Assembly (NCBI GenBank): GCA_964610875.1
Contig: CAZSWP010000022.1
Location: forward strand, 1-60,982
Direction of reading: 5' to 3'
Source of the DNA: an uncultured archaeon
GTDB lineage: Archaea > Asgardarchaeota > Thorarchaeia > Thorarchaeales > Thorarchaeaceae
Length of the DNA: 60,982 nt
In this document: positions 40,764 to 49,452 of the stretch, one piece after another
How the letters are laid out: each line of letters opens with the position of its first letter
Position numbering within the stretch: position 1 is the stretch's first letter
The notes under the pieces: model-generated
What the model was told of the DNA's origin: nothing
What the model saw: only the letters and a program-made list of their open reading frames with translations
Databases searched by the model: none
Made by a program: the position numbers and the translations under genes

Positions 40764-41450
40764 TTGAAAGTGTCTCCAAACCGAATTGGTGCCTTTGATG
40801 GTAAGACATGCTTCATATGTGGAAGATATCTACTCAATAACACTCCTGCAGATTTAGCGTATCTTCCTGTACATACTGGACGTTCAGTAAAAGCAAAGCC
40901 TGACAAGTACTATCTCTTTCAGTGTCCTAATTGCAAAATGATTGGCCACAAACGATGTTGGTACAAACACGGTGAGAAAAAGAGTAGGAAAGGATTTTTT
41001 GGTAGCGAATGGCAACTAATTTGCCCTAGCTGTGGTCAAGTACTTTCTAAAAAGAGAGATGACCGAGTAGACTGGAGAAAGGGTTACCAAATTCCAGGAC
41101 ATCCTGACAATGAACTCATTGAATTACATACAAGTGATGTTCTAGCATGGAAAGCAGGATCACTGTTTAGTAAGATTGGCAAAGCAATCAACAATTTCTT
41201 TATTGCAGTTGGATTAGGTTCACTGACAGCTGATGAAACAAGTGCCGTTGCAGTTGCAGCAAACCGCATTGGTAAGACAATTCATGATGTTGCTGAGAAA
41301 GTGTTCAAACTTGAGATACCCGAAGGACAACGTGCAGATTTGACGGCACTGAAGTGCCAAAATTGCTCTGCACCTTTGCCTTTACCTGACCCTTGGGTTG
41401 AAGCAGTGGTGTGTGAGCATTGTGGGACGGCACACCTTTTACCCAATTAA
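40764..41450 (+). CDS. C4HC3 (PHD/RINGv-like) finger plus C-terminal zinc ribbon protein
   Basis: CFIC...CPNC...HKRC...CPSC; CQNC...CEHC. Confidence 0.72.
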   Translation: MKVSPNRIGAFDGKTCFICGRYLLNNTPADLAYLPVHTGRSVKAKPDKYYLFQCPNCKMIGHKRCWYKHGEKKSRKGFFGSEWQLICPSCGQVLSKKRDDRVDWRKGYQIPGHPDNELIELHTSDVLAWKAGSLFSKIGKAINNFFIAVGLGSLTADETSAVAVAANRIGKTIHDVAEKVFKLEIPEGQRADLTALKCQNCSAPLPLPDPWVEAVVCEHCGTAHLLPN

Positions 41451-41477
41451 GACCTCCATTGGGTTGCTAGCAGCTCC

Positions 41478-41645
41478 AAAAATCCTAGACAAAGCTAGAC
41501 ATGTTTCACTGGGAGCTTATACACTTCAGGACGGAATCAATTCACAGGTCACCTGACACCGTTGTGTTGACCCCACGGAGTGACGTTCCAGTGCCGTCCC
41601 TGGACAGACAAAGCTCCGGTGTCCAGATTTGTCTAGCTTACAATG
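41478..41645 (-). ncRNA. Candidate structured non-coding RNA (~150-165 nt rod), family unknown
   Basis: Nested complementary arms (aagctagaca/tgtctagctt; cactgggagctt/aagctccggtg; caggacgg/ccgtccctg; ggtca/tgacc); TATATAA on minus strand ~25 nt upstream; T-tract downstream; strand inferred. Confidence 0.5.
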
Positions 41646-41661
41646 AACGGTACAAGATTTA

Positions 41662-41670
41662 GTTATATAG
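41662..41670. promoter_or_regulatory. Archaeal TATA box (ttatatag / ctatataa), possibly bidirectional
   Basis: Lies between the ncRNA candidate and ORF 41721, which has a ggag RBS at ~41705. Confidence 0.45.
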
Positions 41671-41720
41671 AAGACTGTAGATGCTAACTGAGAAATCTAC
41701 CCTAGGAGATGGTTTCTTAA

Positions 41721-42023
41721 ATGCCTGTGTATCTTGAGTTCAATTCATCAGCTTCACAATTTCAGGAAACTACCATTACTGAGTCGAATGACGCAATTCT
41801 ACTTGTAATGGATGATTCAGCAAAGAAGCTACTTATGACCGTACCATCTAGTATTGGTATGATTGCGAAGAGAGCAGCTGAAAGACAAGCTCGTGGTATA
41901 ACTAAATCAGGTTATCAACTGAGATCAGGTAGCAGAGTAGGTAGAACCTACGAACTTGAAATTTTAGGCGAAGGCGGACAGCTACCAGAACGGCTGAAGC
42001 AAAGCCCTCGTGAAGTTTACTAA
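41721..42023 (+). CDS. Small single-domain protein, gelsolin/cofilin-like fold suspected
   Basis: SNDAILLVMDD..KKLLMTV....MIAKRAAERQARGI...LEILGEG matches the gelsolin-domain pattern by eye; RBS and terminator present. Confidence 0.55.
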   Translation: MPVYLEFNSSASQFQETTITESNDAILLVMDDSAKKLLMTVPSSIGMIAKRAAERQARGITKSGYQLRSGSRVGRTYELEILGEGGQLPERLKQSPREVY

Positions 42024-42032
42024 ATCACAAAA

Positions 42033-42070
42033 GAGGCCTCACAAGGCCTCATCTAAGTTTATTTTCATTT
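42033..42070 (+). terminator. Hairpin terminator
   Basis: gaggcct-caca-aggcctc then T-rich tract. Confidence 0.55.
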
Positions 42071-42166
42071 ATCGACATTTAGAAAGAGCCTTATGAGGAA
42101 AGTACTTATCATTACTGTACATATCAATGTATAACTATTGTTAATAGATAGGGAGAATGGAATCAA

Positions 42167-42841
42167 ATGTATCAATGCTGTGGCTTGCATTTTAGCCAGT
42201 TGAAGAACAAAGAAGTTGTAGATGCGAATAATGAGAAAGTTGGCACTGTTGACGATTTTGTAATAACATATTCTGTTGATAGTATAGAATTGAAATCCCT
42301 TGTCCTCGGTGGTGGACGAGTCGAGGAGTTACTTGAGTCAATAGGACTTAAACCTGATATTGATCCTGTCTTTCAATTTGACTGCATTTCAAATATCGCG
42401 GATAAACTTCATCTATCAGTTGCAAAAGACACACTCAAGACAACCTTAGATGAGGGTTCCATTGGTGAGAACGATATGCGACTTTCCGATTTCTCGAAAC
42501 TCATGGTGACTGATGCTGATGGATTCAAAATCGGAAAGGTCATTGATGTTTGGTTTGATGTGGAGGGTTCTCCATGGCTCCTTCTAGGTGGAGGTTTCAT
42601 TGAAGAAACTCTCGAGAAAATCGGAGTACAACCAGATGTTGATTTGCTAGTTCCAATGCCTTTCATTCATGACATATCAAAAGATGGAATATGTCTGAAG
42701 TATACAAAATTTCAGCTTGAGTCAAATGCTCAAAAGGAGTTTGACCGTTACAAACGCGAAGTGTCATCACAGCATGAGCCTGGTGATGCTCAGTACGAAA
42801 GCATGCGACTCAGTGGTCGTCCTCAGAGAGGAATGGCATAA
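42167..42841 (+). CDS. Tandem PRC-barrel domain protein
   Basis: Two repeats: SQLKNKEVVDANNEKVGTVDD and SDFSKLMVTDADGFKIGKVIDV. Confidence 0.85.
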   Translation: MYQCCGLHFSQLKNKEVVDANNEKVGTVDDFVITYSVDSIELKSLVLGGGRVEELLESIGLKPDIDPVFQFDCISNIADKLHLSVAKDTLKTTLDEGSIGENDMRLSDFSKLMVTDADGFKIGKVIDVWFDVEGSPWLLLGGGFIEETLEKIGVQPDVDLLVPMPFIHDISKDGICLKYTKFQLESNAQKEFDRYKREVSSQHEPGDAQYESMRLSGRPQRGMA

Positions 42842-42843
42842 AG

Positions 42844-42878
42844 GTTGAATGGGGCTAAGAGATGCCCCCTCATTTAAC
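42844..42878. terminator. Hairpin between convergent genes
   Basis: gttgaatggggc...gccccctcatttaac imperfect inverted repeat. Confidence 0.45.
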
Positions 42879-42882
42879 TCAA

Positions 42883-44098
42883 TCAGAAAAACTCTGTCAA
42901 CTAGGGTAGTTCAGGTGCAAAACATCTATCCAATAAATCGGGTTTATTCCCTGAAAGCCAGTTTGCAGCTATCACAGTTTCTAGAGACCCCGTTCCATTA
43001 ACCAAAGAACTAAGCCCTTCGATAGTCATTTTCGTGTGCACACTTTTGTCATTTGTTTTCACTGCTTCGAGAACTTTTCAATTTGATTCTAGATTATAGC
43101 ATCCATTATTCCACTCACAAAAGTCATCTATAACATGAATTGAAATCTTACCTTCCACGCGTGCGGGAATGCCTGTAATGCAATCTTCAACGTTAACAAC
43201 ACGTCCCATATGAATACCTCTTGAGAGTAATTTTGTTTCTGCGATATTATACCGCTTTGTCAAATGCCAGTATTCTTGCTTGCTCGGTCGTAGTGGAATT
43301 TCAACTGTAACAATCTGATCTGCATGTACATAGATATAATTCAAGAGAGAATTATGTGCATCAATATTGGAAGAGAATATTTCTTTTACAAACATCTTTC
43401 CATCCTTATCTCCTCCTTGGAATGGTCCAAATCCTTCAATTGAATATCTCACATATGCCATTGGAGTTTTATCCCTGAGTGCAAATGCTCACTCTCTCAT
43501 CAAACATGAGATGTTCATTCCAATCTTCATCACTTCGTTGAACAGTACCATGAAAATTACTTGTAGCATTAGAGTGAATTTCTTTCGTATAATGTAATCC
43601 CTCCTTCAACGGGAGATGGATAACATGGTAATCATAAGATACATCCCATGTCCACATTGTATCTGCTTTGATTTGAATTCGTGAATTTGGTTGAGAGGAA
43701 ACATATCCGAATTTGGCATAGAATTCATCCTTGAATGGATAGAGCGCACTAAATGGTATATTCTCTTCATTCATTTCCTTCAACATACAGTGCACAAGTT
43801 TACGAATGTGTCCCCCACGTTTCTTTTCTGGAGCACTAGCAACAGAAGCAATACCTCTCATCTTCTTCAGAACACCACGCAGATTCTGTTCAAAAGGAAT
43901 GAAACGTGCACGAGCAATGACTCTTTCATCTTCTTCAACAGAATAGAATTGATCGAGATATTGTTCAAATTTCTTGTCTATTTTCTCCTTATACCTTTCA
44001 GGAGCACTGAATGCATACATCGTCATTCTGGTGTGGGTTTCTTTGTCCTGAATCTTAGATCCACGAACTGTCATTTTTTTCAGCATGAGTGAATACAA
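42883..44098 (-). pseudogene. Eis-like GNAT acetyltransferase with SCP2-like tail; one frameshift and two premature stops
   Basis: GIASVASAPEKKRGGH, SALYPF..EFYAKFGY, MGRVVNVE, DDFCEWNNG; frameshift ~43490; in-frame TGA at 43078-43080 and TAG at 42901-42903; frame continues MTIEGLSSLVNG...LTEFF to 42883. Confidence 0.85.
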
Positions 44099-44136
44099 GT
44101 ACTCTCCTTAGGTTAACCACTAAAAAAAATACATTT

Positions 44137-46869
44137 TTATTCCCAACGACTCACACGGTCTGTAGAGGGCCTGAAACCTGCTGAAAGAGAATTATTTCTA
44201 GCTTTCAAGAGTGCCATTCTCCCTTCTCTAGTGCGTGTGTATATCAGTTCCATGTCTCCAACGCGTTTTGACCAAGCATTAGCAAAGGATTCTGCATAAT
44301 CCTTGCGGACCCCCAATAGAGCTGGTACACTATGATAATCTCTTCTAATAATTGAGCCAAAGAACTTTGATTTTCTCACAAGTATGTATCTTGGATTCTT
44401 TATCGGTTCCAGTACTTCCTTGAGCGCTTGAAGATATAATGAGGTCTCTCGGCTTGATGCGCCTTTTAGATGGCAAAATATCTCTCCTTTCTTATCTTCT
44501 CTGGCGATGACTTCTAAATCATCTCGTTGTGTTTTGATATAGCTAGTTAGACAAAGGCTGTCAACAAGTGCTTCTCCGATCTGTTGCATGTTTCCTTTAA
44601 CTGGCCCATTTTGAATCAGAATTCTCAGTGCTGTGTATGCTTTTGGAAGAAACTTGATTGCAAATATCAGAAATCCAATCATTGGCAAATATGCAAGCAG
44701 CCATAGATCTGGTAGCCCTGCGTTAATCACAAATCCCGGTAATTGTCGAGCCAAGTAAACACCCAAGATTAGTAGTGTTTGCCAAAGAAGGGTTCCAAGT
44801 GTGTTAGTGAACACGAAGCCTCTTGGTAGATGGACTCGTTTGGCTTTTACTTGTTCGACTAGACGGACCCCTTCAGCTCCTCGTGCAAGAGACCTCTCCC
44901 AGCGAGATTTTAGCTCATACCTCTTCACTGCAATCTTACTCATCCGTTGATTGATCTCACGTATTGATTCTTCAGTGAAGGGTGGCGGAGGAATTCCAAG
45001 TCTACCAAATCCATTCTCGATTGAATCCTCTTGAAAAGAGACCCCTACGAACGCTCTGAATCTCCTTAAGATGGTATCATAATCATCCCCTGGCTCATCG
45101 ATATTGGGTTCAACGCATACAATATGCCAAATGTTTGAGGTCTTGTCTGGTTGTTCTTTGTATGTTCTGATGGCTCTACCTCGCATTTGATTTGATAGCA
45201 TGTATGAGCCAACAAAACTAGCGAGAATTAGCGAATTGATAGATGGCGCATCCCATCCCTCTCCTAGAAGGGATTTAGTCCCGACCAAGACTGTTACTCC
45301 ACCTTTGCCAAATAGCTTGGTGATTAACTTCACAATGTGTTCTCTATCTGATCCTGAGATTGATATTCTTGAGTATTCGCTATCATGGAGAAGTGGATTA
45401 GCCTTGATAATTTCTGAACTCAATCCTTCTTCCAATGCACAGTTTTCTAACATTTCAACTGATGATGTGGGTATAATCACAAGACTCCCACTCAATACAC
45501 CTAGCTTACATTCATCAAGATTCAATCTCCTGATTGACTCAAAGATAGGTACGACACCCATCTTGTCTAGAGGTCTTCTATCATCGGGAGAAGATGGTAG
45601 CAGGGCTTTGCGGATAAAATCGGTGAGTATGACCATCCGGAGATTGGACTTCATCGCACTCTGTTCTAGCATTACAATAGCTATGATTGCTTTGAGTTTT
45701 GACATGCTTCGTTTTAGAGTCTTCTCAAGTTTGCTTGAATTTTGAAATCTGATTGTTCTGTTTTCTAATGCTCCAATCTTCCTTAATCTTGTTCTAATGG
45801 GTCGTAAAACAGGAGCTATCTTTCTTGAATCAATGCCTGAAGGGTACAGTAATCCTTCAAGGAGTCGCTGTATCCACTTATCATCAAGGGAAGGAATCCA
45901 TGCCGCTGAGTCTGCAATTAATTGAATGTGCGCCTTGGTAATTTGTGACCCTATATGTCTTAGAAACACCAGCATACCAGAGAACACTTCCGGATGGTCG
46001 AAGATTTCCTCAAGGTGATCATCAGGATTGAGATACCAAGGATGATTCAGAAGATATTTGATGAAATCTTGATTGGCAATAAGATCACTTTTGAATTGTT
46101 CAACATCTTCTCGGAATTCTTGGATGTCTGTATTTTCAACAAAGGTTGGTGTAGTAAAGAGTACAAGATCTTGATGAGGACATAGATTCCCTTCATCTAC
46201 GAGCTCAGGGACTGATACTTCTGCATCGATAGGACCACACAGTTCAAGATATCTTTCCCACTCATACATAGAGACATCATATGGGGGAGTTGCTGTAAGT
46301 GCAACAGTCATTTCACTCTCAATATTATCTAGGAGAAATGTGAGACTCTGCCACCATGCTGCACGAAGATGATGTGCTTCGTCAAGAACAATTGTCTTGA
46401 CACCAATATTGTTTATCCTGTTGATTATATCTTCACTATTCGGAATTTTAGTGTCAGTTTCATTGTCATCATCATTTCCACCTTCATCTTCTTCGGATTC
46501 TACGGGTTCATCTTCTCCTGAGAGCGCACAGTGAAGACTCTGATAAGTACATGCTGTGAAGAATTCAGGATTACGAATGTCTGTAGATATCCAGCTATAA
46601 TCTCGCATATGTTCAGGGAGAAAAAGGTCCTTCATCCGTTCTACCCATTGGTCTCTAATTGCCAGAGTCGGGGCCAGCACTAGAGTTGGTTGATTTAATC
46701 TCTTAGCTACTTCAAGTCCTAGGACAGTCTTTCCAGACCCTGGTGCTGCAACAACATGTAATCGTTCATCATCGAAATACTGTTCAAGTTCCTCAAGAAC
46801 TCGCGCCTGATAGGGTCTCCACTTATACATAAATTTCATTGAATCTGGGAATGTGGACATTTGTTTCAA
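44137..46869 (-). CDS. Superfamily 2 (ResIII-like DEAH) helicase/ATPase with C-terminal TM hairpin
   Basis: RPYQ, AAPGSGKT, DEAHH, LTATP, LGEGWDAP, QMRGRAIR; two hydrophobic helices near the C-terminus. Confidence 0.9.
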   Translation of the reverse strand: MKQMSTFPDSMKFMYKWRPYQARVLEELEQYFDDERLHVVAAPGSGKTVLGLEVAKRLNQPTLVLAPTLAIRDQWVERMKDLFLPEHMRDYSWISTDIRNPEFFTACTYQSLHCALSGEDEPVESEEDEGGNDDDNETDTKIPNSEDIINRINNIGVKTIVLDEAHHLRAAWWQSLTFLLDNIESEMTVALTATPPYDVSMYEWERYLELCGPIDAEVSVPELVDEGNLCPHQDLVLFTTPTFVENTDIQEFREDVEQFKSDLIANQDFIKYLLNHPWYLNPDDHLEEIFDHPEVFSGMLVFLRHIGSQITKAHIQLIADSAAWIPSLDDKWIQRLLEGLLYPSGIDSRKIAPVLRPIRTRLRKIGALENRTIRFQNSSKLEKTLKRSMSKLKAIIAIVMLEQSAMKSNLRMVILTDFIRKALLPSSPDDRRPLDKMGVVPIFESIRRLNLDECKLGVLSGSLVIIPTSSVEMLENCALEEGLSSEIIKANPLLHDSEYSRISISGSDREHIVKLITKLFGKGGVTVLVGTKSLLGEGWDAPSINSLILASFVGSYMLSNQMRGRAIRTYKEQPDKTSNIWHIVCVEPNIDEPGDDYDTILRRFRAFVGVSFQEDSIENGFGRLGIPPPPFTEESIREINQRMSKIAVKRYELKSRWERSLARGAEGVRLVEQVKAKRVHLPRGFVFTNTLGTLLWQTLLILGVYLARQLPGFVINAGLPDLWLLAYLPMIGFLIFAIKFLPKAYTALRILIQNGPVKGNMQQIGEALVDSLCLTSYIKTQRDDLEVIAREDKKGEIFCHLKGASSRETSLYLQALKEVLEPIKNPRYILVRKSKFFGSIIRRDYHSVPALLGVRKDYAESFANAWSKRVGDMELIYTRTREGRMALLKARNNSLSAGFRPSTDRVSRWE

Positions 46870-47008
46870 TTACTTAGACTCCCAACAAAGACAATGTATG
46901 TAAATCAATTTGCATAAGCTGTTACAAACTTGTTTTTCCTTTGAGGGATATCTACTTCATCTATAAAGGATTTCTTACAATAAATGACATTTCCTATTTT
47001 CAATAGAT

Positions 47009-49366
47009 GTGTATAAAAGAAATAAAAGAGTGTTTAATGTATGTTATAACGAGTTGTGTGCTTTGGACCTAGGATTCGTGAATCTCTCATTTCTATTTCC
47101 GAGTTGTCTATCGATTATGCAATTTGGTATCAATACTATAATTCTTATAATTTCCAAGTTAGTAATGTTTTTCTTCGGAATGAGTCATAGAAACCCCTCT
47201 GACTTGGAATGGTCACTTGATGAACGCATGAATGAAACATGTGATTCTCGTCCCAAAGAGACTCCAATATTATCAGTTAATCCGGAAATTAACAACCTGT
47301 TGAAAGAAATACAACAGCATATTTTAAACATACAATTAGTAGCCTTGGAAATTCATTCAGGCTGGGATCATGGAGCAGGTCTCAACACTGTATTTCATGA
47401 GAATCATCATGCAAAGGAAAAAATCCAAATTGCAGAGGAGATTGCAAAAAGCTGTACGAATAAAGAAGTTCTTGAACACATATGGAACATAGATTCCCTT
47501 CGTGCGAGTTCCAGTATCTCTGCATGGGATAGAATTCGCCGTGGAAAAAAGAAGATCATGATTGATGTGATGAGAACTGATGATGATAGTATCGCTAAAC
47601 CCGGTCTGGTTGCTTTCTCACGTGTTGAGATGATTGGTGGTCGTTTTCTTTACAAGATTATGATAAAGAACATCAGTGAGTATGTCGTCACTGATGTTAC
47701 TACAACACTTGTTAGTTACCCGAACGAATGCATGGACCTTACTGGAGATGCAATTCATATATGCAGGCGTTTGGAGGGTGGCGGATTCATAAACACAGCG
47801 TTTGTATTGACACCAAAAAAAGACTGCGTGGAAGGCAGCATATTATCCAACATCGCATACGTGGACTACAAAGATAAACTGTCCATACTGCCTGTTGAAC
47901 CTGCAATTATTCGATCAATTTGTGATCTACTGAAACCTTTAGAATCATCCACTGATTCATTAAACAAAACACTCACTAAATTATTAGCAAAAACTCAAAC
48001 AAAGAAATTGGAATGGAATCCAAGAATACTCTTCAAGAAGACTATTGCTCTACTCCCAAAGTTGAATTTTTACATCGTGGATGACAGTGAATATGAAAGC
48101 GAAAATAAATTCAAAGGGAAAATACGTGGGCTAGCAATTGGAAAATATACCGAGAAGAAGATAGCCGTAGTGCTTCACTTCGAGGGCGAAGTTAATGGTA
48201 AATCAACTGATGTCTGTGTAGAGATGTTTGGTGATGATGAAGCTATGCTACCGAATACAATTGAAGAATTGTCGGGTATGATGAATGCATGGCTATGTCT
48301 CAGTTGTGGTGGAGAGCTCAATGTAGATCATATAATGCAATTAGCAACAGGTAGTGTAATCCAATGTCCCTATTGTGGACATTCATTATCTGCAGATCTA
48401 TACGAACGAGAGAAAAAGACTATCAAACCACAATTAATGAAAAGCAATCTTTCGTCAGCACTAATTGCTGAATCGGAAATTATGGAAGGACAGGATCTAA
48501 TCTTCGAAAGTCAACAACAAACAGTAGAGGCAATAGAACTCAGTTCTAAGCCTAGAGATTATAGCATTTTAAGAGGTCATGAGATTATAGGCGGGAAATT
48601 TCATTACAAAGTCAAAATTATAAATAATACCAATTATGTCATCACAAATGTAGTTACTACAATTGTATCTTATCCACGGGATTGTTTAATACTAGAATCA
48701 GATGTATCAAGATTCATTTTACGCATTGAAGGTGGGGGTTTCAGATCATTTGAATTTGTTTTCCATCCTACAAAAGATTGTGTAGAGGGAAAAATAATTT
48801 CTACAGTTTCAATTGTTGATATGAAAGACAATCTTCATTCATTTCCAGTGAGGGAAGTAACACTCAAGTCTGTTTGTGATTTACTGAAGCCGCTCGAAAC
48901 CTCAGTGAAATCAATGGAACTTTTACTACCTGATTTTACATCAGCATCTGAAGAAGTTGTATTGGATTGGAATTCAAGAGTCCTCTACATAAAAGTAAAA
49001 CATCTACTTCCAAGTTCGAATTTCTTCATTGTGGATGAAAGTACTGAATCAAAGAATGGTCAGTTTGAAGCTGTAATCAGAGGTTTTGCTGAAGGCAAAT
49101 ATACCAAGAAACGTATTGCCTCAGTTATTCATATTAGTGGTCATCAAGATGAAGTAAAATCAACTGTAAAGATTGACGTTATCGGTGAAGATATCACTAT
49201 GTTGCCAACTGCAGTGATTGAATTGAAGGAATCATTGAACTCTTGGATATGTCTATGCTGTGGTGGAAAGATATCAGGGAGTCAAGTACTGAAAATCAAG
49301 GGATCCTACGTTGTTTCCTGTGAGTTTTGCGGTGAATCACTAAGCAAGGAACTATATTCTATTTAA
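47009..49366 (+). CDS. Protein with two tandem coatomer/adaptin appendage-like modules, each ending in a zinc ribbon
   Basis: Clear internal duplication (GGRFLYKIMIKN/GGKFHYKVKIIN, SYP, P.KDCVEG, CDLLKPLE, GKYT.K.IA, CxxC-x19-CxxC); fold assignment is inference; true start probably ~47180. Confidence 0.75.
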   Translation: MYKRNKRVFNVCYNELCALDLGFVNLSFLFPSCLSIMQFGINTIILIISKLVMFFFGMSHRNPSDLEWSLDERMNETCDSRPKETPILSVNPEINNLLKEIQQHILNIQLVALEIHSGWDHGAGLNTVFHENHHAKEKIQIAEEIAKSCTNKEVLEHIWNIDSLRASSSISAWDRIRRGKKKIMIDVMRTDDDSIAKPGLVAFSRVEMIGGRFLYKIMIKNISEYVVTDVTTTLVSYPNECMDLTGDAIHICRRLEGGGFINTAFVLTPKKDCVEGSILSNIAYVDYKDKLSILPVEPAIIRSICDLLKPLESSTDSLNKTLTKLLAKTQTKKLEWNPRILFKKTIALLPKLNFYIVDDSEYESENKFKGKIRGLAIGKYTEKKIAVVLHFEGEVNGKSTDVCVEMFGDDEAMLPNTIEELSGMMNAWLCLSCGGELNVDHIMQLATGSVIQCPYCGHSLSADLYEREKKTIKPQLMKSNLSSALIAESEIMEGQDLIFESQQQTVEAIELSSKPRDYSILRGHEIIGGKFHYKVKIINNTNYVITNVVTTIVSYPRDCLILESDVSRFILRIEGGGFRSFEFVFHPTKDCVEGKIISTVSIVDMKDNLHSFPVREVTLKSVCDLLKPLETSVKSMELLLPDFTSASEEVVLDWNSRVLYIKVKHLLPSSNFFIVDESTESKNGQFEAVIRGFAEGKYTKKRIASVIHISGHQDEVKSTVKIDVIGEDITMLPTAVIELKESLNSWICLCCGGKISGSQVLKIKGSYVVSCEFCGESLSKELYSI

Positions 49367-49452
49367 AAGAAAACTAATTGGCATATAGTTTCATCACCAT
49401 TAGAATTAATATAGTGGAATGATTTGCATATTTGATAAGGGGTTGAAGAGAT

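Noticed and set aside
41478-41645. Structured region as SRP RNA, RNase P RNA, tRNA or CRISPR
   Set aside because: No SRP helix-8 GNRA/AGCA motif, no GAGGAAAGUCC, no cloverleaf or T-loop, no spaced direct repeats
42901-43080. In-frame TGA and TAG in the Eis-like gene as selenocysteine/pyrrolysine recoding
   Set aside because: Both are single-base changes from plausible GGA/TGG codons, and the gene also has a frameshift; decay is the simpler explanation
44137-46869. Type III restriction-modification system
   Set aside because: No adjacent DNA methyltransferase and no evident nuclease motif
47009-47179. N-terminal hydrophobic extension of the 785-aa ORF as a signal/TM segment
   Set aside because: AT-rich and intergenic-like; a later start (~47180) seems more plausible, though not proven
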